Source: Bryobacterales bacterium (lineage in GTDB: Bacteria > Acidobacteriota > Terriglobia > Bryobacterales > Bryobacteraceae). From it: a stretch of DNA of 64,000 nt. The stretch covers positions 4,358 to 68,357 of the forward strand of contig CAVPZQ010000010.1 in assembly GCA_963710155.1 (NCBI GenBank), read 5' to 3'. The position numbers and the translations under genes were made by a program. The notes under the pieces are model-generated. The model made no database searches. It worked only from the letters and a program-made list of their open reading frames with translations, and had not been told where the DNA came from. Shown piece after piece: positions 19,102 through 28,033 of the stretch. Numbering within the stretch: position 1 is the first letter of the stretch; every line of letters starts with the position of its first letter.

Positions 19102-19926
19102 GTGTCTTCGCCCACCACTGTTCCTACTGAACTGACCGCCGTACCGGGCGAAACTACCCGGCGAGTGCCCGTGGACCGATGGATCGTGGGCGGGATTGCG
19201 ATCGCGGTATTGACCGTTATCGCCGGGATCGCCTCCACTGGAGTCAGCCTCCGTTACTTCCTGCAGCCCACGGCAGCGTGGATCGTTCTGGGAGGAACCT
19301 GCGGAGTTACTTTGATCACGACGCCTCGCAAGGCCCTGATGCACGCCGTTCAGCGGGTGCTGGGACTGCTCCGCCAGCCTGCCACCGATCGCGAAGAATT
19401 GATGGACGAGATTGTTTCGTCGGTCAGGATCGCTCGCTTACAGGGGATGCTCGCGGTGGAACCGAGAATCAAGCAGCTCAACAATGCTTTTCTGCGCGAG
19501 ATGCTGGGGCTGGCGATTGACGTGAAGACCCGTGGCGAGTTTCAGAGCATTCTCGAAACCAAGGTGCGATTGCACGAGCGGCAGGGCGACGCGGACGCGA
19601 AAGTCCTGGAAGTGGCGGGGGGGTTCGCGCCGGCGATCGGCGTCATCGGCACGGTGGTGGGATTGATCGATGTGCTCCGCCAATTCTCCAACATGAACTC
19701 GGTGGCGTTCGGAATCGGAACCGCGTTCGTCTCGACCATGTACGGGTTGGCGCTGGCGAATCTGATTCTGCTCCCCGCCGCGCACCGTATTCGAGCGAGC
19801 GTGGCGGAGGCGTTTGAGATCGAGGAAATGATCGTCGAAGGCGGGCTGTGCCTGATCGACGGCACTCATCCTTCGCTGGTTCGCGAACGGCTGATCTGCT
19901 TTTTGCGGCAGGCGCCCAGCAAATGA
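19102..19926 (+). CDS. motA: flagellar stator protein MotA/PomA family (set 1)
   Basis: 274-aa ORF, MotA/TolQ/ExbB-type. Four TM segments and a conserved C-terminal channel region (GFAPAIGVIGTVVGLI..., TAFVSTMYGLALANLILLPAA). Confidence 0.8.
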   Translation: MSSPTTVPTELTAVPGETTRRVPVDRWIVGGIAIAVLTVIAGIASTGVSLRYFLQPTAAWIVLGGTCGVTLITTPRKALMHAVQRVLGLLRQPATDREELMDEIVSSVRIARLQGMLAVEPRIKQLNNAFLREMLGLAIDVKTRGEFQSILETKVRLHERQGDADAKVLEVAGGFAPAIGVIGTVVGLIDVLRQFSNMNSVAFGIGTAFVSTMYGLALANLILLPAAHRIRASVAEAFEIEEMIVEGGLCLIDGTHPSLVRERLICFLRQAPSK

Positions 19927-20576
19927 AGCCCGCGTATTATCAGAATCAACAAGGCGGACGCGATCGCTGGATGGTGAGCTATCTGGATGTGTTAACCATC
20001 CTGCTGATTCTGTTTGTAGCGATGGCGGCACAGACCCTGCAAAACTCGCAGAAGAAACCGGCTCCAGTGGCGGCTGTCGCACCCGTTGCGCCCGTTGCGC
20101 CGGTCGCGAAAGCGCCCGTAATGGAAGGACCCAGCGCGGCGATGACCGCGATCAAGCAGGACCTGGAAAAAAGCAATCTGGACGTGCAAGTAGATTCCCG
20201 CGGCGTGGTCGTCAGCCTGCCGCAGGCTCTGCTGTTTCAACCCGGCGCGGACAAAATCAACGCCGACGCGCTGCCGACGGTGCAGACGATCGGCGATGTG
20301 CTCAACAAGATCCCCAACAATGTGAGTCTGGTGGGGCACACGGATGCAACTCCCATTCACAACCGGCACTTCGCCAACAACTGGGAGTTGGCTGCGGCTC
20401 GCGGACTGCGTCTGCTGGAGCTCTTAAGCAGCCGTTATGGAATTGAAGAATCACGGCTCTCGGTGGCGAGCTTTGGCTCCTACGATCCTAAGAACTCGAA
20501 CGATACTCCGGATGGGCGCGCCAGCAATCGCCGCGTGGAAATCGTGATTCTAGATAGCTACGCGCGCAAGCCGTAA
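19923..20576 (+). CDS. motB: flagellar stator protein MotB (OmpA-like C-terminal domain, set 1)
   Basis: ATG at 19923 overlaps the motA stop (ATGA). N-terminal TM with the conserved Asp context (WMVSYLDVLTILLILFV). OmpA-like end (VGHTDATPI..., NWELAAARG, NRRVEIVI). Confidence 0.8.
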   Translation: MKPAYYQNQQGGRDRWMVSYLDVLTILLILFVAMAAQTLQNSQKKPAPVAAVAPVAPVAPVAKAPVMEGPSAAMTAIKQDLEKSNLDVQVDSRGVVVSLPQALLFQPGADKINADALPTVQTIGDVLNKIPNNVSLVGHTDATPIHNRHFANNWELAAARGLRLLELLSSRYGIEESRLSVASFGSYDPKNSNDTPDGRASNRRVEIVILDSYARKP

Positions 20577-22633
20577 TAGTTCGCGGTCGACGTGATGTCG
20601 GGGCCATGCTCATTGCGCAGCAGGCTCAGCAAGTCCAGCGGCCGTGTGGGATTCGACGTCAACCCGACCGCAGAGGGATTCGCGACCTTGCGTAGACGGC
20701 CCGACTCCACCACATATTTCTGATTGTCGGCGCCTTGTAGCAACTCGCCTTCTCGGGCACCCACTTCAGCACTCAGGCGGTCAAAGGACGCCCCGTAGCC
20801 GTCCATGATTCCGGTATCGAAGCCTTGCAGGCCGCCGGTGGGCATCTGGTTGCGATGGATACTCCACAACAGATGTTCGCGCGCAGTGATGGCGCCGTCC
20901 CAGCTCAGGCTTTCCGCCATCGCACGCCCGTTGTTCGCGAGCCGTTGCCGGAGCTCGGGGATACGGACCAGGCCATCGAGCGCCACTGCGAAGTCAGCGA
21001 TGACGCGCGGACGCGCCACGATCGCAGTGTGGCCGTCGATTGCGTAACCTTCTGTCCCGTAGGGCGTGGTGATTACGGCCGTGCCGCAGGCCATGGCTTC
21101 AATGGGTGGCAGCGGGCAGCTTTCGTACCACGAAGGGCACAACGCGATATCGCTTTCGGCGTAAAGACGGCTCAGGGCATCGTGATCGAGCGTCCCGTGA
21201 AACTGGTAGGGCGCGAGTTCATTGTTGGGTCCGAAAACCGGGTGCTCGAAACCGTAGACGTGCCACGCGATCTTGTTGGGATAGCGCTGCATGAGCTGTG
21301 CCATGGCGGGCACCGCGTCCTGGAAACCCTTCCACTTTTCGGGGCGGCAGTAGGTGACGACGCGGATCACGCCGTCCTGCGCGCTCAACTTCGGGCGCGG
21401 GTGAAATTTGGCGGTGTCGACTCCGTTTTGCACCACTGGAACAATTTCGTTAAAGCGGCGGCGGAACTCGCCGGCGAGCCAGCTCGAATTCGCGATGCGG
21501 TACATCGGCATCTGAAACGTATTGCGGCACAGCATCTTGATCAGCGGATTGCCTTGCAAGCCCGAAGCGGGGTTGGCATCCGAAGCGAAAAACACTTCGT
21601 CATAATGTTGCGGGAAGTGAACCGGCTTGCCTTTTCCGGATTGCCAGGCGGGGATGATGCTTTCCCAGTTGGCGGCGATGATCAGGTCGGCTTCGGGGAT
21701 CGCTGGCGTTAGCAAGTGCGTGTAGGCCAAGAAGAAGCGCAACTCACCTAGAAAATCCCGCGGCGTTTTATCCAGAAAATGATACGGCAGAGATTCGCGT
21801 CGGGCTGCGGCGTCGTAGTGAATGGGCACTTTGAAATCGAGTCCCGGGAATGGTTCATCCTCGAGCCACATGAACTGCGGCCAGGTAGTGAGCGAGACTT
21901 CATGTCCCCGCGCCTGCAGGCGGCGCGCGTATTCTAGGGTGCTGGCGGCGCTTCCGGTGCGGACTCGCGCCGTGGGGCCCAGCAAAAAACTCATGGACAA
22001 GTGCTGCGGTGCGTGCACGGCGGGAGCTTGAACCGTCTTCACGACAGGCTGCATCGGAGTGGAAGTTCTCTTCGCCACGCCAACCACGACGGCAAAGCCG
22101 TTGCCAACTTTGTCATCGGTGTCCTGAACATGCAGGATGTTCCAGCCCAGCCAGTGAATCAGCTCGACAAAATCTTCAGTGATCCACACCGAGCAGTGTT
22201 CGGCGAGAGTTTCCGGCTGTTTGCCAGTCTCGTGCCGTTCGATCAGCTCGGCCAGAGTGGAGCGCGGACGCTCCTTGTCGAAAGTGCGTTCCTTGTGCGG
22301 AGCAATGATGTAAAGATAACCGCCGGGCTTGACCACGCGATACCACTCGCGGAGTGCCTTAATAGGATCGGGAAAGTGCTCGATGACGTGCGAGCTGATG
22401 ACGAAATCGACGCTGTTGTCTTCGAGCGGCAGTTGGTCGCCAGGCGACACGATATCCACAGGCAGAGAGGTCCCGCATAGCTTGACCTCTTCCTGCTTGA
22501 AACAGGTCAGCTCATTTGTGTTGTCGACGTTGCGAGTCTTCAGACCGAACGAGTTGTGCGCGGAGCCGCCGATTTCAAGCCCATCGAGGCCGTCGAGCAG
22601 CTTGTGAGCGAGTGCGCTTTCTTTGAATTTCAT
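20558..22633 (-). CDS. SAM-dependent methyltransferase :: GT4-type glycosyltransferase fusion protein
   Basis: 691-aa ORF. The N-terminal ~190 aa are a class-I MTase (LEIGGSAHN, VDFVISSHVIEHFPDP, VVKPGGYLYI). The centre and C-terminus are GT-B/GT4-like (RPEKWKGFQDAV..., ESCPLPPIEAMACGTAVITT). Confidence 0.75.
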   Translation of the reverse strand: MKFKESALAHKLLDGLDGLEIGGSAHNSFGLKTRNVDNTNELTCFKQEEVKLCGTSLPVDIVSPGDQLPLEDNSVDFVISSHVIEHFPDPIKALREWYRVVKPGGYLYIIAPHKERTFDKERPRSTLAELIERHETGKQPETLAEHCSVWITEDFVELIHWLGWNILHVQDTDDKVGNGFAVVVGVAKRTSTPMQPVVKTVQAPAVHAPQHLSMSFLLGPTARVRTGSAASTLEYARRLQARGHEVSLTTWPQFMWLEDEPFPGLDFKVPIHYDAAARRESLPYHFLDKTPRDFLGELRFFLAYTHLLTPAIPEADLIIAANWESIIPAWQSGKGKPVHFPQHYDEVFFASDANPASGLQGNPLIKMLCRNTFQMPMYRIANSSWLAGEFRRRFNEIVPVVQNGVDTAKFHPRPKLSAQDGVIRVVTYCRPEKWKGFQDAVPAMAQLMQRYPNKIAWHVYGFEHPVFGPNNELAPYQFHGTLDHDALSRLYAESDIALCPSWYESCPLPPIEAMACGTAVITTPYGTEGYAIDGHTAIVARPRVIADFAVALDGLVRIPELRQRLANNGRAMAESLSWDGAITAREHLLWSIHRNQMPTGGLQGFDTGIMDGYGASFDRLSAEVGAREGELLQGADNQKYVVESGRLRKVANPSAVGLTSNPTRPLDLLSLLRNEHGPDITSTANYYGLRA
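22071..22633 (-). repeat. duplicated methyltransferase module, copy A (pairs with 24562..25124)
   Basis: Direct repeat of about 563 bp with no indels. I counted about 60 mismatches in 553 aligned nt by eye. Similarity stops exactly at the start codon. Confidence 0.85.
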
Positions 22634-22722
22634 TGTGTTGTCAATCCGTCCTTTGTGAAGACCCTACGCGTAAACAACTAGAACATCGGCAGAATCGCCT
22701 TAGAACTGCAATATGGCGGGCG

Positions 22723-24303
22723 TCAGCTGTAGTACGAAAACTTCTGACTGCCGCGGTAAAACGCTTCTTCCTCTGCGGGGACAATTCTGTCCTTGTACCA
22801 GGGCAAATGCCGGCAGGTGTATTTTCCACCGACTCTGACGCCCCTCAAGTGGTCCACCGGATCGAAGAAGCGCTTGTTGTATACGGCGAAGGTGGTGTCG
22901 ACGGCGGCGCTATAAACCTCGTCGCCGGTGCTGGTGAAGCCGACCGGATTCTTCCAGAACTGGGCTTCCCACTCCCAGATCTGATATTCCGCGGCGCCGA
23001 TGTGGAACTTTTCGTGGCGCATTTTGGACCAGTCGGATATGTTGAGAGCCAGTCCGGCTTTGCCTACGCGGTGTTTCTCGGTAAGCGAGATCAGTTCGTA
23101 GATGAAATCTTGCGACAGCGACGGGTTCAGTTCCAGGTCCGGATCGGTAATACAAAAATAATCCGGCAATGAGAACAGGTTTTTCGGATCCAGAAATAAG
23201 TTGTGCGGTCCTTTGTTCTCTTCCAGGCGGATAACGGAGAGATCGGGACTGCCCTGCGACAGGTAGTCGAGCAGCGGCGGAAAGGTCGAAGCGTTGTCTA
23301 TGGCGATGATCTCTTCGAAACCAAAGCGGCGTAGTTGCGAGACCATGCTCTTCAAGTACGTCACGGAGTTGAATACCGGAATCAGAACCGGGATGCGTTT
23401 CTGGAAGTGGCCGCCCAACGATGAAGACGGTTTGGTGCGCACGCTGACGGGAGCCTGCTGGGGCGCGGGCGCGGCCATGCAAGATCGCAATGGTGATTTT
23501 GCATCGAACAATTCCGACGCGATCCGCGGTATCAAGGCAGCTTTCACGAATAGGATGTTGAACTGATGGTCTCCATACTCGCGGTCGCGGGCGATCGGGA
23601 CAAAGCCTTTCGCGATCAGCTCACGCGTGATGTAGGCGCTGTCCTTCTGTTCTTTCCAAAACTCGAAGTTTTCGACTTCGATCAGGACGGCCACTGCGCT
23701 CGCCAGGGCTTTTTCGGCGCCTTTCACGACTTTGTCAGCGGCGCCCTCCGCGTCGATCCAGAGAGCGATGCGCTGCTCCGCTATATCAAATCCTTCTTCG
23801 GCGAGGAACCCGTCCAGAGTGGTCCCGTCCACATTGAATTCTTCGTAAATAGCGTCCTCGTTTCTGAGGAGCAGCGATGTCTTGCCAGTGGTCTTGGGCT
23901 CATTGATATGACCCGGAAGCACCACGCCCTTGTCGTAGTATCGCGACAAGGTTCGCGGCGCGTAGATCTTGACCGGACCCACGGAGTCCGCGATCGCGCG
24001 GTTGAGATATTTTACGCCGGCCGCCGAAACATTCGCTTTGTGAAGCGTGAAGATTTCGGGGTTGGCTTCGAAAGAATACACCAAAAGCCTGGGAAATCTT
24101 TGTTTGGCGGCGACGGCGCAGCCTCCATCGAACGCTCCGATATCGAAGAACACAGTAGGGCGGAGGCGCTCCAGGACGTCCCACAGAAGAGACGTCAATC
24201 TTGCGTTGCCGGCCGGGCCTTCTTCGCCGCGGTCTAGCATGTTCAGATTCGCCATCAGCAGGTAATCGATCGCCAGCTTGCTGTTCTGCGTCTCGGTGGT
24301 CAT
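22723..24303 (-). CDS. FkbM-family methyltransferase :: GT2-type glycosyltransferase fusion protein
   Basis: Start set at the ATG at 24303 (AGGAG upstream, 8 nt after the stop of the preceding gene) rather than the ORF-track 24492. N-terminal FkbM-like part (VFFDIGAFDGGCAVAAKQ..., SFEANPEIF). C-terminal GT2-like part (VLIPVFNSVTYLKSMV..., EIIAIDNAST, DPD). Confidence 0.7.
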   Translation of the reverse strand: MTTETQNSKLAIDYLLMANLNMLDRGEEGPAGNARLTSLLWDVLERLRPTVFFDIGAFDGGCAVAAKQRFPRLLVYSFEANPEIFTLHKANVSAAGVKYLNRAIADSVGPVKIYAPRTLSRYYDKGVVLPGHINEPKTTGKTSLLLRNEDAIYEEFNVDGTTLDGFLAEEGFDIAEQRIALWIDAEGAADKVVKGAEKALASAVAVLIEVENFEFWKEQKDSAYITRELIAKGFVPIARDREYGDHQFNILFVKAALIPRIASELFDAKSPLRSCMAAPAPQQAPVSVRTKPSSSLGGHFQKRIPVLIPVFNSVTYLKSMVSQLRRFGFEEIIAIDNASTFPPLLDYLSQGSPDLSVIRLEENKGPHNLFLDPKNLFSLPDYFCITDPDLELNPSLSQDFIYELISLTEKHRVGKAGLALNISDWSKMRHEKFHIGAAEYQIWEWEAQFWKNPVGFTSTGDEVYSAAVDTTFAVYNKRFFDPVDHLRGVRVGGKYTCRHLPWYKDRIVPAEEEAFYRGSQKFSYYS

Positions 24304-24311
24304 GCCAGCTC

Positions 24312-25124
24312 CTAGACGTGGCCTTGCGCCATGTCCTTCAGCATTTGCTTCTCGACGATCAAATCGGCGATCGCACGGCGCAACTGCGCGTTTTCTTTTT
24401 GCAGCTTGTTCAACTGATCCGGATCGGGGCTCACGAAGGAGGCCGCTGGAGAAGACTGCGCAGCGGGCGCAAAGCGCGGCGGATTCGCCCATGCAGGCTG
24501 CAGCGGGGAGGCGGACGGCTTCGAGACGCCGGCCGCAACGTTCAACTTGGGAGCGTTACCCTTCGTCACGCCGACCACGACGGTAAAGCCGTTGCCAACT
24601 TTGTCATCGATGTCCTGGACATGCAGGATGTTCCAACCCAACCAGTGAATCAGCTCGACAAAATCTTCGGTGATCCACACCGAGCAGTGTTCGTTAAGGG
24701 TTTCAGGCTGTCTGCCTGTCTCGTGCCGTTCAATCAGCTCAGCCAGAGTGGAGCGCGGGCGTTCTTTATCGAAAGTGCGTTCTTTGTGCGGCGCAATGAT
24801 GTAGAGATACCCACCGGGTTTGACCACGCGATACCACTCGCGAAGCGCCTTGATGGGGTCCGGAAAGTGTTCGATGACATGCGAGCTGATGACGAAATCG
24901 ACGCTGTTTTCTGCTAGGGGCAGTTGGTCGCCAGGCGAAACGATGTCCACCGGCAGGGACGTGCCACACAGCTTGATCTCTTCCTGTTTGAAGCAAGTCA
25001 GCTCATCGGTGTTGTCGACGTTCCTAGTCTTCAGCCCGAACGAGTTGTGTGCGGAGCCGCCGATTTCAAGTCCGTCGAGGCCGTCGAGCAGCTTGTGAGC
25101 GAGTGCGCTTTCTTTGAATTTCAT
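24312..25124 (-). CDS. SAM-dependent methyltransferase with C-terminal coiled-coil tail
   Basis: 270-aa ORF. The first ~186 aa are nearly identical (9 substitutions) to the N-terminus of the 691-aa protein. The tail is LNKLQKENAQLRRAIADLIVEKQMLKD. Confidence 0.75.
   Translation of the reverse strand: MKFKESALAHKLLDGLDGLEIGGSAHNSFGLKTRNVDNTDELTCFKQEEIKLCGTSLPVDIVSPGDQLPLAENSVDFVISSHVIEHFPDPIKALREWYRVVKPGGYLYIIAPHKERTFDKERPRSTLAELIERHETGRQPETLNEHCSVWITEDFVELIHWLGWNILHVQDIDDKVGNGFTVVVGVTKGNAPKLNVAAGVSKPSASPLQPAWANPPRFAPAAQSSPAASFVSPDPDQLNKLQKENAQLRRAIADLIVEKQMLKDMAQGHV
24562..25124 (-). repeat. duplicated methyltransferase module, copy B (pairs with 22071..22633)
   Basis: See copy A. The first ~73 nt of the two CDSs differ at only 2 positions. 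Confidence 0.85.
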
Positions 25125-25143
25125 GGTTGCTTTTCCTTTTTAA

Positions 25144-26229
25144 TCAAATGGCTTCGAGGACGGGCGACAGTTCCTCAACCTGGCTGGTGCAAGGGCGGTC
25201 GCCGGCGAGAACCTGTTCCCATAGCTCAACGTTCTTTTCGATATTGCGGTGCGTCAACACCCAATCGCGCTGTTCGCGATATAACTTGGTCCGATCCGCT
25301 TGCAGAACTTCTTCCAGCTTCCGCTTCCAAGACTCGCGATTATTCTTCGCCGTAATCGGGACCTCGGTGGAATACGGAACCACGTGCGACGCCAGCGTGA
25401 TCGCACCCGACATGGCGTATTCGTAGTATTTAATGCAGCTCTTATGACGATTGAACTGATCATCGAGCAGGGGCGCGATGCCGACGTCCAGTTTCAAATC
25501 GCAGACTTTTCGCGGATGCTGCTCAAGCGGGACGTTGGGATGGAACTCGTAGCGGATGCCCGACAGCTTATCCATGAAATGCTTGATGGATCTGCCCAGC
25601 GGCGTATGGAACAAAGCCTGGCCCCAGCGCGCTTCGAGTACGGCCATCAATTCTTCAAGAGTCGATTCCTGGCAAATTCCCTGAAGCACAAAAGTGAACG
25701 GAATTTTTTTCTGCACTTCGCGGACCGCATCCAGCGCGACGGCCAGATCCAGAAAGTGCGTGGGGCTTCCGGTCCATCCGATGCGGGCTTCCCCGCTCCT
25801 GGGTTCGACCGTCCATTCCTCCGGATCAACACTATTGGGAATCACCGTGACGTTGGGATTCCACTGACGAAGATAGCCGGCCAACGTGTCCGTCGTAGTG
25901 GTCACGACGTCCGCGGCGCGCAGCAGGAATTCATAAAGCGGCAGCCGCGCTTGCACAGCTTTGTAGTTCAGGTTCTCAGGGGGGACCAGATCCAGCGCGT
26001 CGTCGGTATCGAAGACTACTCGGATTCTGTTTTTCTTGCACCATTCGACGATTTTTACCGCTTGCGGATAGTGCGCGCGGTAGAGAACCAGAACGTCGGG
26101 CGCGTTATAGCTCTCTTGATTCGAGAGAATTTCGACTTGGTGCCCGCGTTGGCGCAGATATTTAGCGGGAATCGCGCCGCGCCATTTGTAGCAGCCGCTT
26201 TGCGTCTCGGTGAGCAAACAAATATTCAA
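25144..26229 (-). CDS. putative glycosyltransferase (GT-B-like)
   Basis: 361-aa ORF. The TTG start overlaps the fliJ stop (TTGA). The N-terminus is typical of GT-B enzymes (MNICLLTE...RGAIPAKYLRQRGHQVEIL; VVFDTDDALD; IGWTGSPTH). The family assignment is tentative. Confidence 0.55.
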   Translation of the reverse strand: MNICLLTETQSGCYKWRGAIPAKYLRQRGHQVEILSNQESYNAPDVLVLYRAHYPQAVKIVEWCKKNRIRVVFDTDDALDLVPPENLNYKAVQARLPLYEFLLRAADVVTTTTDTLAGYLRQWNPNVTVIPNSVDPEEWTVEPRSGEARIGWTGSPTHFLDLAVALDAVREVQKKIPFTFVLQGICQESTLEELMAVLEARWGQALFHTPLGRSIKHFMDKLSGIRYEFHPNVPLEQHPRKVCDLKLDVGIAPLLDDQFNRHKSCIKYYEYAMSGAITLASHVVPYSTEVPITAKNNRESWKRKLEEVLQADRTKLYREQRDWVLTHRNIEKNVELWEQVLAGDRPCTSQVEELSPVLEAI

Positions 26230-26687
26230 GCAGGTCTCTCCTCACTCTCGGCGTTCGAGCGCGCCCAATTTGAAATGAAGGATTCAGCGGCGGTGTTTTC
26301 GAGCTCGCGATCGTGCAAATAAGTCCAGGCCTTCTTACGCCGCTCTTTGAGATTCTCCAGGACTTTACAGTCTTTGCGGGCTTTCAGCAGTCGCTTGCGT
26401 TGTTCGGCGATGTGGATTTCCAGCTTCTTGCGGGCCGCAACCAAAGACACTTTTTCGCCGCGGATGCGCAACTGAAACGCCGCCAGGGCACGAAATTCAG
26501 TGGCTTCGACCAAGGGCCGGCCCAACACATTCATTTCCGCGTTCAACTGATCGGCGGTCAACGTGTTCTCGCGATGTAGAACTTCCGCCAGCTTATTTTG
26601 AATCGTGGAGAGCTTTTCTTCTTCCGTGCGCATCTGCAGCTCGCGCCACTCGAGAACTCGTTGCAACGGAAATTGGAACGCCTTCAT
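26226..26687 (-). CDS. fliJ: flagellar export chaperone/stalk protein FliJ
   Basis: 153-aa coiled-coil ORF directly after fliI. FliJ-like N-terminus FQFPLQRVLEWRELQ. Confidence 0.75.
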   Translation of the reverse strand: MKAFQFPLQRVLEWRELQMRTEEEKLSTIQNKLAEVLHRENTLTADQLNAEMNVLGRPLVEATEFRALAAFQLRIRGEKVSLVAARKKLEIHIAEQRKRLLKARKDCKVLENLKERRKKAWTYLHDRELENTAAESFISNWARSNAESEERPA

Positions 26688-28033
26688 GAGAGTTCCTTAG
26701 CCAGCGTAAACAGCCGGCTCCGCGTCTCGTCAAGCGGCGCGTAGGCCTCAGAGTCCTGCCGCAGGAATTCCAGAATCTGCGGACGAACGCGGATGCTGCG
26801 ATCCAATACCGGATTGGCGCCTTGCACATGCGCGCCCAACTGAATCAAGTCGGCTGATTGATGATAAGTCGACAGCGCTTCGCGAATGCGCCGGTTGGCG
26901 GACAGTTCTTCCGGCGTAATGACTTTGTTCGAAAGACGACTGACGGAGTTCAAAATATCGATGGCGGGATAGTGTCCGGACGAAGCCAGGTCTCGCGAGA
27001 GTATGAAGTGCCCATCCAGAATGCCCCGCGCCGCGTCGCAAATCGGTTCGTTGAAGTCGTCACCTTCGACCAACACTGTGAAGAAGCCCGTGATCGATCC
27101 TGTTCCGAAGTTGCCAGCGCGTTCAAAAATTTTGGGTAGTAGCGCAAAGACGGAAGGCGTGTAGCCCTTCTGGCTAGGAGGCTCTCCGGCAGCCAATCCG
27201 ATTTCGCGCTGCGCCATGGCCAGGCGCGTGACCGAATCCATGACCAACAGCACGTCGGCGCCTTGATCGCGGAAATATTCTGCCGCCGCTAAGGCCACAT
27301 AGGCGGCGCGGATGCGCAGCGGCGCGGGGCGATCGGAGGTAGCCACAACCACGACGGAGCGCTTCATCCCTTCCGGCCCAAGTTCGTTTTCGAGAAACGC
27401 TTTGACTTCACGATTGCGCTCGCCGATCAAAGCGATCACGCTGACTTGCGCCGAGTTCTTACGCGACATCGCGCCCAATAGAGTGCTTTTGCCGACGCCG
27501 CTGCCGCCGAAAAGCCCGATTCTCTGGCCTTTTCCGCAGGCGAGCAGGCTGTCGATGGAGCGAACACCGGTGACCAGGCGATCCGTAATGTGTTTGCGCT
27601 GAAGAGGGTTGGGAGGCGGCGCGTACAGCGGATAGGTGCTGGACGATTCGATCGGTGGACCGCCATCCATAGGCTGCCCGAAGCCATCAAGAACACGGCC
27701 CAGTAATCCCGGCCCTACCGCGAGCTGAGCATCCTGCGAACGGGCAATCACGCGGCTGCCTAGTTGTAAACCATCCGGCTCATCGAGTGGCATCGCCAGG
27801 ACGCGGCCGTTGCGGAAGCCGATGACCTGCGTGCGAATACTGCGCCCATTCGCGGCCTGAATTTCGCAAAAATCTCCAATCGCCGCCGCTGGACCCTGCG
27901 ATTCAATCAATAGGCCTACGGTGGCCGTTACCTGACCGCTCCACGGCAAGAGATCTATGCGATCGAGATCGACCATGTAAGGAGCGAGCGCTACTTTTTC
28001 TAAAGTTTCCATTTCTGAAATAGCCCTGGTCAT
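26684..28033 (-). CDS. fliI: flagellum-specific ATPase FliI
   Basis: 449 aa. Walker A GGSGVGKSTLL, Walker B VLLVMDSVTR, F1-ATPase-like fold motifs. Confidence 0.95.
   Translation of the reverse strand: MTRAISEMETLEKVALAPYMVDLDRIDLLPWSGQVTATVGLLIESQGPAAAIGDFCEIQAANGRSIRTQVIGFRNGRVLAMPLDEPDGLQLGSRVIARSQDAQLAVGPGLLGRVLDGFGQPMDGGPPIESSSTYPLYAPPPNPLQRKHITDRLVTGVRSIDSLLACGKGQRIGLFGGSGVGKSTLLGAMSRKNSAQVSVIALIGERNREVKAFLENELGPEGMKRSVVVVATSDRPAPLRIRAAYVALAAAEYFRDQGADVLLVMDSVTRLAMAQREIGLAAGEPPSQKGYTPSVFALLPKIFERAGNFGTGSITGFFTVLVEGDDFNEPICDAARGILDGHFILSRDLASSGHYPAIDILNSVSRLSNKVITPEELSANRRIREALSTYHQSADLIQLGAHVQGANPVLDRSIRVRPQILEFLRQDSEAYAPLDETRSRLFTLAKELS

Noticed and set aside
20075-20110. Short tandem repeat gcNcc(c/g)gt(t/c) x4, encoding AVAPVAPVAPVAKAPV in MotB-1.
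   Set aside because: It is an in-frame Ala/Pro/Val linker repeat within a CDS. This is ordinary low-complexity periplasmic linker sequence, mentioned only in the stator finding.
25275-25282. CGCGATAT 8-mer inside the glycosyltransferase gene. Similar near-matches occur inside CDSs at about 515, 11441 and 40051.
   Set aside because: They are located within coding sequence, on the strand opposite to all neighbouring genes or without a T-n-n-A at N15. They are most likely chance occurrences.
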